DNA of 63,315 nucleotides, filler included, from Psammoneis japonica (taxonomy: Eukaryota), in the NCBI GenBank assembly GCA_008632985.1. It is 6 parts of 6 records of this genome, joined end to end, with 100 filler letters (N's around TTAATTAATTAA, not from the genome) between each part and the next. Parts side by side here need not be neighbours in the genome. Positions count along the whole stretch, not along the records: positions 50,386 to 56,684 come from QPGO01000416.1; positions 56,785 to 59,302 come from QPGO01000444.1; positions 59,403 to 61,867 come from QPGO01000500.1; positions 61,968 to 63,315 come from QPGO01000515.1; 2 more parts are not named here. One strand, 5' to 3'. Under the pieces are notes generated by a model, which had not been told where the DNA came from, made no database searches, and was given only the letters and a program-made list of their open reading frames with translations. Position numbers and translations under genes: made by a program. Shown here in pieces: positions 54,011-63,315 of this stretch (the stretch's first letter is position 1; every line of letters begins with the position of its first letter).

Positions 54011-54208
54011 TGTCGTTTCAAGGAAAACAAACATGTCTTTTAATGGAAAACAAACATGTCATTTCAAGGAAAACAAACACGTCTTTTCAAGGAAAACAAA
54101 CGTGTTGTTTCAAGGAAAACAAACATGTCTTTTCACAGAAAACAAACATGTCATTTCAAGGAAAACAAACCTGTGGTTTCAAAAAAAACAAACATGCCTT
54201 TTCAAGGA

Positions 54209-54398
54209 GCGAGAATGGCGCAGAAGAAAAAAATGTCAAAAGTTGATCAATGCATGGCCTGACAATTGCGCTGTAAAATCACACAAAATTTTGCCACAGT
54301 CGCGCAGAAATGTGCGTGCACGACACACGACGCGATTCAAAAAACTGTCGATGTCACAGTTCAGCAGTGTGAGGTCCCACCCAGACCTGGAACGCGTC
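54209..54398 (+). mobile_element. 3' half of MITE family A, co-duplicated with the satellite
   Basis: Matches 53820-54010, including the TGTC right flank. Confidence 0.85.
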
Positions 54399-55589
54399 TG
54401 TCGTTTCAAGGAAAACAAATGTGTGTTTTCAAGGAAAACAAACATGTCATTTCAAGGAAAACAAACACGCCATTTCAAGGAAAACAAACATGTTGTTTCA
54501 AGGAAAACAAATGTGTCTTTTCAAGGAAAACAAACATGTCGTTTCAAGGAAATCAAACATGTCTTTTCAATGAAAACAAACATGTCGTTTCAAGGAAAAC
54601 AAACGTGTGGTTTCAAAGAAAACAAACATGTCTTTTCAAGGAAAACAAGCATTTTGTTTCAAAGAAAACAAACATGTCTTTTCAATGAAAACAAACATGT
54701 CGTTTCAAGGAAAACAAACATGTCATTTCAAGGAAAACAAACATGTGGTTTCAAGGAAAACAAACATGTCGTTTCAAGAAAAACAAACATGCCATTTCAA
54801 GGAAAACAAACATGTTGTTTCAAGGAAAACAAATTTGTCTTTTCAAGGAAAACAAACATGTCATTTCAAGGAAAACAAACATGTCGTTTCAAGAAAATCA
54901 AACATGTCGTTTCAAGGAAAACAAACATGTGGTTTCAAAGAAAACAAACATGTCTTTTCAAGGAAAACAAACATGTCTTTTCAAGGAAAACAAACATTTC
55001 GTTTCAAAGAAAACAAACATGTCTTTTCAATGAAAACAAACATGTCGTTTCAAGGAAAACAAGCGTGTCATTTCAAGGAAAACACACATGTGGTTTCAAG
55101 GAAAACAAACATGTCGTTTCAAGGAAAACAAACATGCCATTTCAGAGAAAACAAACATGTTGTTTCAAGGAAAACAAGTGTGTCTTTTCAAGGAAAACAA
55201 ACATGTCGTTTCAAGGAAAACAAACATGTTGTTTCAAGGAAAACAAACATGTCGTTTCAAAGAAAACAAACATGTCTTTTCAAGGAAAACAAACATGTCT
55301 TTTCAAGGAAAACAAACATTTCGTTTGAAAGAAAACAAACATGTCTTTTTAATGAAAACAAACGTGTCGTTTCAAGGAAAACAAACGTGTCATTTTAAGG
55401 AAAACAAACATGTGGTTTCAAGGAAAACAAACATGTCTTTTCAAGGAAAACAAACATGTCGTTTCAAGGAAAACAAACACGTCGTTTCAAAGAAAACAAA
55501 CACGCCATTTCAAGGAAAACAATCATGTTGTTTCAAGGAAAACAAATGTGTGTTTTCAAGGAAAACAAACATGTCGTTTCAAGGAAAAC

Positions 55590-56234
55590 NNNNNNNNNNN
55601 NNNNNNNNNNNNNNNNNNNNNNNNNNNNNNNNNNNNNNNNNNNNNNNNNNNNNNNNNNNNNNNNNNNNNNNNNNNNNNNNNNNNNNNNNNNNNNNNNNNN
55701 NNNNNNNNNNNNNNNNNNNNNNNNNNNNNNNNNNNNNNNNNNNNNNNNNNNNNNNNNNNNNNNNNNNNNNNNNNNNNNNNNNNNNNNNNNNNNNNNNNNN
55801 NNNNNNNNNNNNNNNNNNNNNNNNNNNNNNNNNNNNNNNNNNNNNNNNNNNNNNNNNNNNNNNNNNNNNNNNNNNNNNNNNNNNNNNNNNNNNNNNNNNN
55901 NNNNNNNNNNNNNNNNNNNNNNNNNNNNNNNNNNNNNNNNNNNNNNNNNNNNNNNNNNNNNNNNNNNNNNNNNNNNNNNNNNNNNNNNNNNNNNNNNNNN
56001 NNNNNNNNNNNNNNNNNNNNNNNNNNNNNNNNNNNNNNNNNNNNNNNNNNNNNNNNNNNNNNNNNNNNNNNNNNNNNNNNNNNNNNNNNNNNNNNNNNNN
56101 NNNNNNNNNNNNNNNNNNNNNNNNNNNNNNNNNNNNNNNNNNNNNNNNNNNNNNNNNNNNNNNNNNNNNNNNNNNNNNNNNNNNNNNNNNNNNNNNNNNN
56201 NNNNNNNNNNNNNNNNNNNNNNNNNNNNNNNNNN
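55590..56234. other. Assembly gap within the satellite
   Basis: Run of N. Confidence 0.99.
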
Positions 56235-56784
56235 GAAAACAAACATGTCTTTTCAAGGAAAACAAACATTTTGTTTCAAAGAAAACAAATGTGTCTTTTC
56301 CATGAAAACAAACATGTCGTTTCAAGGAAAACAAACATGTCATTTCAAGGAAAACAAACACGTGGTTTCAAGGAAAACAAACATGTCGTTTCAAGAAAAA
56401 CAAACATGCCATTTCAAGGAAAACAAACATGTTGTTTCAAGGAAAACAAATGTGTCTTTTCAAGGAAAACAAACATGTCGTTTCAAGAAAATCAAACATG
56501 TCGTTTCAAAGAAAACAAACATGTTGTTTCAAGGAAAACAAACATGTGGTTTCAAAGAAAACAAACATGTCTTTTCAAGGAAAACAAACATGTCTTTTCA
56601 AGGAAAACAAACATTTCGTTTCAAAGAAAACAAACATGTCTTTTCAATGAAAACAAACATGTCGTTTCAAGGAAAACAAGCGTGNNNNNNNNNNNNNNNN
56701 NNNNNNNNNNNNNNNNNNNNNNNNNNNNTTAATTAATTAANNNNNNNNNNNNNNNNNNNNNNNNNNNNNNNNNNNNNNNNNNNN

Positions 56785-58375
56785 CGATTTCCGAGTGTCG
56801 ACTGCAGCCACTCCCCTTTTTGCATCCAGCAGCAGTCCATGCAGATCTGAACAAAGCCACTTTTCTTAAAATCAATCACTGTTCCAAACCGCGTCTTGAC
56901 CCTTTGGGCAAAATTCTTGGCGGACATGTTGCAATTCAAGTGACAAGCGGGGCTGCCATCCTGCAGGGACACAGTGCATGCACGAACATTTGAGTTCGTG
57001 TGGAGATCCTGAACGACTTGACACCTTGCCTCATCTCTTCTTTGCTGAGTGGATCGGACAGCCTCCACGCCACGGTCCGAACATCTCATCTAATGTCAGG
57101 TTTCCGGCCATGACGGGCCTCGTCATGCAAAGCCACAGGACATTTGCACCTCCGTCTTGTCTGGGGATGACATGACAATGTGAAACAAAAGCACAGGAGG
57201 AGTCATGTTGCGGGTTGAGATTTGTGAAAAACATGACACCAAACAATTGCAGGAGTTCTTCGGCTGTTGACAGACTTGCACTCAAAAATGGCATTCACAT
57301 GTTTGTCCATGTCAAAATCTTGCACTTGTAAAAGGACCGGTGGCTCGGGTCGATCGTACGCGGTTGCATTGCTTGTGTCATCTTCATCGGATTCTTGATC
57401 CTGCGACTGAAGGACAACAGAATCTGCTGTGACAATTGGAACGCGGCAGTCAGAATCAGGACACGAGCAGTCCTCCGACAACACAGACTCCTCCAAAGAC
57501 AATGAGCTGAGTTCATTGTCTGCNNNNNNNNNNNNNNNNNNNNNNNNNNNNNNNNNNNNNNNNNNNNNNNNNNNNNNNNNNNNNNNNNNNNNNNNNNNNN
57601 NNNNNNNNNNNNNNNNNNNNNNNNNNNNNNNNNNNNGCAGACAATGAACTCAGCTCATTGTCTTTGGAGGAGTCTGTGTTGTCGGAGGACTGCTCGTGTC
57701 CTGATTCTGACTGCCGCGTTCCAATTGTCACGGTAGATTCTGTTGTCCTTCAGTCGCAGGATCAAGAATCCGATGAAGATGACACAAGTAATGCAACCGC
57801 GTACGATCGACCCGAGCCACCGGTCCTTTTACAAGTGCAAGATTTTGACATGGACAAACATGTGAATGCCATTTTTGAGCAAGTCTGTCAACAGCCGAAG
57901 AACTCCTGCAATTGTTTGGTGTCATGTTTTTCACAAATCTCAACCCGCAACATGACTCCTCCTGTGCTTTTGTTTCACATTGTCATGTCATCCCCAGACA
58001 AGACGGAGGTGCAAATGTCCTGTGGCTTTGCATGACGAGGCCCGTCATGGCCGGAAACCTGACATTGGATGAGACATGTTCGGACCGTGGCGTGGAGGCT
58101 GTCCGATCCACTCAGCAAAGAAGAGATGAGGCAAGGTGTCAAGTCGTTCAGGATCTCCACACGAACTCAAATGTTCGTGCATGCACTGTGTCCCTGCAGG
58201 ATGGCAGCCCCGCTTGTCACTTGAATTGCAACATGTCCGCCAAGAATTTTGCCCAAAGGGTCAAGACGCGGTTTGGAACAGTGATTGATTTTAAGAAAAG
58301 TGGCTTTGTTCAGATCTGCATGGACTGCTGCTGGATGCAAAAAGGGGAGTGGCTGCAGTCGACACTCGGAAATTG
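56785..58375. repeat. ~740-bp near-identical inverted duplication around a gap
   Basis: 56785-57523 is the reverse complement of 57638-58375, with a few substitutions and two 2-bp indels. Confidence 0.9.
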
Positions 58376-59452
58376 CTTCTTTGGCAAGAACCCAAGGGAT
58401 GTGATGGAAACGTTGTTTCATCCAAAGCTCCAGAGGTGCCGCATCATAATCCCGTGCACCATTTGGTCACTGACCCAAACCGTGCGCAATTTGGATGACA
58501 TTTTGGAGTGCGCACTGGTGCAGGCCATGACACAGGACATGGCACATGAAACAGTGACGCTCCCAGGCTTCCCAGGAGATTGGAGGAGCACGTGTGGATT
58601 GGCTGGGAAAACCATCTGACCAGGAAGCATTGCATTTGGGAGTCACGGAACAGGAAATTTGGGAAACGCTGCCACATGAAGAAGCCAATTCAGTCCTGGA
58701 GTTCCTGCGAGAGTGTGGAAATTACAACCCGAAGGAACCATTCCCGTTCCTGTCCTTCGACAGGAGAATTCCCGATTTTAGGGATGAGTTAAGGAAATGG
58801 CCTGGAGTTGTTTGCTGTGCTAGTTCCCAGTCGGATTTGTGAGTGATTGTCAAAGCAGGTGAGTGAACGTTGTCTCTGTTGTCCTTGTCGTCCCAATTAA
58901 GTTTTCTGCTGCTGTTGTCGGATGCTCACATGCTTTTCACCTGCTTTTGTGAAACAGCTCTCCCCATGCATTTCTGTGGTCTTGAACTGCCCAAACATGC
59001 TTTGTCCTGTCGTGTGTCTCAGCAATGCCGGTTGCTCCTCATGCACAACAATTTGTCGCCAACAGCGTCGATGGGCACCAAGAAAAGCTTGGGTGAGCAC
59101 ACTGTTTGTTCAGCAGAGGACAAGTTGTTGTTCTTCACTTGGTCCAATTGCCAGCGACTGACCAGGTCGGTGTGTTGCATTCGTTCAACCATGGTGCGCT
59201 TGTCAGGCTGGCACGTGCAAGGGTGAACGACCGCATGCAAGTCACCGTCGCTTTCCCTTTGGAAGAAACAGTGAAGTCTTGACGGGAAGCACAATTCCCC
59301 CCNNNNNNNNNNNNNNNNNNNNNNNNNNNNNNNNNNNNNNNNNNNNTTAATTAATTAANNNNNNNNNNNNNNNNNNNNNNNNNNNNNNNNNNNNNNNNNN
59401 NNAGATGCTCCATTGCAATCCTGCATCTGTGCGGCACGCAGGACCTTGTCAA

Positions 59453-61860
59453 TTAGACCGGGTTGAGTGAGTAGAAATCGACCCTCGGAGAGCTTTTCGA
59501 TCTTGATCCGAGAAAGTGCCCGACTTCTCCTTCGTCTCTAAGTTCAAATGCGTGGCGATGTTCGTCGTCGGAGACTCCTGACTTGCGAATTTCGGCTTCT
59601 AGAGCTTCAGCTGAAGCTCCAGCAAAAACGGTGTCGTCGACGTGCACCACACACATCATGCCCTCTTTGAAATACAAACAGGGATCTGTGGCTGAAGGTG
59701 CCCATCCGCGCTCGGTTAAACCAGCTCGTAACTTCTCGCAGAAGCCCTTGGGAGACTGTTTTAGGCCGCACAGTCCTTTCAAAAGTTTGAGAACCACATT
59801 GAGTCCCGACCTTGGCGCAAATCCCTTCGGCGGTGTCGCACAAACTTCCTCGGCGACATCAGCTTGGCAAAAGGCTGTGGTGCAGTCCACCTGTCGTGCA
59901 GTCCATCCCTCCTTTAACACCGCAGTGAGCATGAGTCGGACACTGGACCATTGCACAACCGGCGCGCAGGTTTCGAAGTGGTCGACTCCTTCTTTCTGCA
60001 AATCACCGCGGACGCAGTGTCGGGCCTTATACTTGAGAGGGGTTCCATCTGGGAGTCTCTTGAGCTTTAGTGCCCATGTGCCTGGAAGCACATTCATGTG
60101 CAGCTGACGCTCGACTGCTTTCCAGGCTCGACGATGTGTGAGTGCGTTGACTTCAATTTTCATCGCCTCAATCCATTCGTCGGCGTCCGGACCTTTCAGA
60201 GCATTGTGCAACGAAGGCACATCAGGGTCCTTGGTTTTCTTGCTAGCTGCGTAGGCTCGTGGATCGCTGACATTGATGGCACCACTGTCCAAATCCGTCT
60301 CGAGAGTCGCCAGATACGCCAGTTGAGCCTCGTGTCCGATCGGTGGCGGCATTTCCTCGACGGAGCTGAAGTGGACCTCATCTACAAACTTGGCAGAGTT
60401 GAACTGTCCCTTGGTTGACCGTGAAGACCGTCGCAGCCCTGGCACTCCCTCTGGATTCGTCAGAGGAGGTGTCTCGACTGGGGGAGGAGCTGTTGGTTCC
60501 GTCGGTGCTTCGGGTGGCAGAAGTCCATCACCATCTTGAGGTTCAGGTGGCTGAATTGGCGCAGAGTCCATAGAGTCTGTAGGAGTTTGAGTCACAGGTG
60601 GGACTGGTGGCGTTGGCTGCTGAGTCGTAGGTGCGACTCGATCGGTGACGTCGTCGCGAGAAATGGGTGAATCCGGCGCAGCAATCGATGGAGCAGGCTC
60701 AAAATGCCCGCGAATGCGTGTTGCTCTGGCTAGTTCTCGTTCTTTACGTTGACGCTCTGGAGGGGTAAGCCACTCATCGTGTAAATGAACTGCCTGATCC
60801 TTCTCCAGAGGGATGCACATCGATTGGTTGAGGCACAAGTGTTCCCAGTGATCAGGTGGATCCGTCTCCCTCTCGATTGATGGCACGGCAGTGAAGAGAT
60901 CGTCAAAGACCACATGACACTGAGGTGCAACACTTCCAGTTTGAAGATTGAGGACCAAAGGAACCTCACTGGAATGGATGGCACTGAGTCCCACGAACAA
61001 AGCGCGACGAGTGCGAGGCTCCCAACGCGGGAGCTTCTTCCCGGAAGCGAGGGTCGGGTCAAGTGCGCACGCTGGACATCCCCATGTGTGAATGTCGCGC
61101 AACCGATGTCTTGGCACTGTCGAACCGGTGAAAATGTCCGCTGGGCAATGTCCTTTGGAATTTGGGGTGACATTGTAGATGTGCGTGGCACAAGAAACTG
61201 CCATGGGCCATAGGGAGCTGTCAATTCCCCCCTTCCAGTGCATTGATGCATGAAGCAACATCGCTCTCGCCATGTTGGAGATGCTGCGGATGCCCCGCTC
61301 TGCGACGCCGTTCTGATGATGGGCGTTGGTTCCACAAAAACGGAGACGTTGTTCATGATCTCGTGTGTGTTGTACAAAAGCGTTGGCCTTGAAAGCGCCA
61401 CTGTCGGTAAGAAATTCTTGGACGATGACCCCGTGGTCCAAAGCATGTTTCTCAAACGCTTGCTTCGCGTGCATCGTCTCAACAGCGGAGAAACCCAGTT
61501 GATGCTCGACCTGGACATGGCCAGAGGCGTGGTCGACAAAGACACAACCGCCCTTGAATTGCTTGGACATGGCTTTGCCATAAGAGTCGAAGGTGCGGCC
61601 GAAAAGGCGCGACTCAAAATGATCAACGCTGACAGCCTGACCCGGTCGAAGATGGTCAGCTCGAAGGGCCCCGTCGCGTTCAGGGACTGTCGACTTGTGA
61701 GTAGATCCAAGAGAGCATCTGTGACCTTAGCATGTTCGCATGCCTCGCATCTTGGGTGGTCCACACTTCGCTGCGGACTTGAAACGGTTCGAAAGGAATG
61801 GAACTGCGCGGAGAAGTGCTTGGACGCAGCCAAAGTTCAAATGGCCAAAACGGGCATGCA
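59453..61860 (-). mobile_element. Ty1/copia LTR retrotransposon pol fragment (GAG-pre-integrase, integrase, RT), inactivated
   Basis: CEACEHAK, VFVDHASG, TDSG, AHHQNGVAER, HVVFDD, KYKARHCVRGD, LCGLKQSP, VVHVDD (catalytic YVDD). Integrase precedes RT. Confidence 0.95.
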
Positions 61861-61967
61861 TTTCGAGNNNNNNNNNNNNNNNNNNNNNNNNNNNNNNNNN
61901 NNNNNNNNNNNTTAATTAATTAANNNNNNNNNNNNNNNNNNNNNNNNNNNNNNNNNNNNNNNNNNNN

Positions 61968-62405
61968 AGCAAATCGAAGCCTTGCCGCTGCAAGCTTCGG
62001 ATGCTCAGAATCCCATGGATGGGGCCACTGATGTTTTCTGTGACAATGAAGCTGTCTTCAAGAACTCAACTGAACCGGAGTCCACTTTGAAGAAGAAGCA
62101 CAATGCAGCTGCCTGTCACAGGACTCGCGAGGCACAAGCCGCTGGAACAGCGCGCATTGCTTGGGAAGACGGGCGCACGAATCTGGCAGACGTGCTGACC
62201 AAGTTGTTGCCTGGACCGAAGCTCCAGGAAATCACAAGTCATGTCCTGTGGTGAGCCCCAAAAGGGGACAAACCAAACGGGTTTGCCGCGCAGGTGCGGC
62301 ACTTCCCACCCCCAAAATGTGGCTGCTGCCCTGGAGTGGGGCAGCGTCAGGTTGCATTTTTCTGTCGATCTGACCCAAGCGGAGCCAGCGTCAGTTCAAG
62401 GGGGC
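61968..62405 (+). mobile_element. Ty1/copia RNase H C-terminus, 3' UTR and possible polypurine tract
   Basis: VFCDNEAV..ESTLKKKHNAAACHRTRE..NLADVLTK, stop at 62254. AAGGGGG followed by CTG at ~62398-62407. Confidence 0.85.
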
Positions 62406-62589
62406 TGAATGAATGCTGATGTGCTGTCACAAACACAGGCAGTTTGTGTGCCATTGGCGATTGGTTCACTGTTGCTCAGTCAGCGGCCCCAGCAGCACAA
62501 CATCCCACAATTCTAGAACCTGTTGATGCTGTTCAACGATCTCTGTCTTGTCTTGCACCCATTCTCAGCTGTCATGGCAGTGTTTGGTC

Positions 62590-63315
62590 AGTTTCAAGGA
62601 AAACAAACATGTGTTTTCAAAGAAAACAAACACGTGGTTTCAAGGAAAACAAACATGTTGTTTCAGGGAAAACAAACATGTCTTTCAAGAAAAAAAACAT
62701 GTCTTTCAGGAAAACAAACATGTTTTTTCAAAGAAAACAAACATGTTCTTTTCAAGGAAAACAAATGTGTCATTTCAGGGAAAACAAACATGTGGTTTCA
62801 GGGAAAACAATCATGTCTTTTCAAGGAAAACAAATGTGCATTTTCAAGAAAAACAAACATGTCATTTCAAAGAAAACAAACATGTCTCTTCAAGGAAAAC
62901 AAATGTGTCATTTCAAGGAAAACAAACATGTGGTTTCAAGGAAAACAAACATGTTGTTTAAAAAAAAAAAACACATGTCATTTCAAGGAAAACAAACATG
63001 AAACAAACGTGTCGTTTCAAGGAAAACAAACGTGTCTTTTCAAGAAAAACAAACATGTCGTTTCAAGGAAAACAAATGTGTCCTTTCAAGGAAAACAAAC
63101 GTGTCCTTTCAGGGAAAACAAACATGTGCTTTCACAAAAAACAAACATGTTTTTTCCAGAAAAACAAACATGTCTTTTCAAGAAAAACAAACATGTTGTT
63201 TCAAAGAAAACAAACATGTCTTTTCAAGGAAAACAACATGTGGTTTCAAGGAAAACAAACATGTGGTTTCAAGGAAACAAACATGTCGTTTCAAGGAATA
63301 AAAACATGTTTTCAA
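62590..63315. repeat. 23-bp satellite array, same family, more diverged
   Basis: TTTCAAGGAAAACAAACATGT units continue to the window end. Confidence 0.95.

Larger units (their letters stand above)
52340..56684. repeat. 23-bp satellite array (consensus TTTCAAGGAAAACAAACATGTCG), interrupted by MITEs and a gap
   Basis: Head-to-tail 23-mers at 52340-53000, 53543-53624, 54011-54208, 54399-55589 and 56235-56684. Confidence 0.97.
9250..63315. other. TpA-depleted, hypermutated heterochromatin-like sequence (several scaffolds)
   Basis: Approximate hand counts: ~29 TA in 1-1020, ~15 in 9300-12770, ~6 in 14550-18750. Tyr->Cys/His in all recognisable proteins. Confidence 0.9.

Noticed and set aside
52340..56684. 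CRISPR array, or long repetitive CDSs (MSFQGKQTC..)
   Set aside because: Contiguous 23-mers with no unique spacers and no cas genes. The ORFs exist only because the unit lacks stop codons.
59453..61860. ADAR editing of retroelement RNA
   Set aside because: Both A->G and T->C occur on the same strand, and DNA MITEs and host-gene fragments are affected too.
59453..62405. A single complete copia element
   Set aside because: The two parts are on opposite strands and separated by an artificial linker. No LTR pair is visible.
9250..63315. Fungal-type RIP or plain CpG decay as the explanation
   Set aside because: RIP raises TpA, and CpG decay cannot turn Tyr codons into Cys or His. CpG decay is present, but only as an additional signal.

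Overview
Eukaryotic DNA, most likely from a pennate diatom (GT-AG introns, diatom-type Ty1/copia, kinesin-light-chain-type TPRs; the organism is inferred). The window is six scaffolds joined by artificial 100-nt N44-TTAATTAATTAA-N44 linkers, so adjacency across 23.4, 50.3, 56.7, 59.3 and 61.9 kb is not biological. The first ~9 kb has normal composition: a RING/RBR-like ORF, a multi-exon Cys-rich gene, and CSDE1-like and lipase-3 pseudogenes. The rest is heterochromatin-like. It holds a mosaic of decayed host-gene fragments (MFS, amino-acid permeases, UTP4, BTAF1, EFTUD2, TPR, POLE, DEAD-box), MITEs with 4-bp TSDs, a 23-bp satellite and copia fragments. The main signal is that from ~9.2 kb onward TpA is almost erased by TA->TG / TA->CA transitions, mostly TAY->TGY on either strand. 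Conserved Tyr codons become Cys or His (for example RT YVDD->HVDD), and repeat copies differ at exactly these sites. This looks like a regional hypermutation/genome-defence process running opposite to fungal RIP. A 450-bp TpA-rich, hairpin-rich island at 12.8-13.2 kb escapes it.
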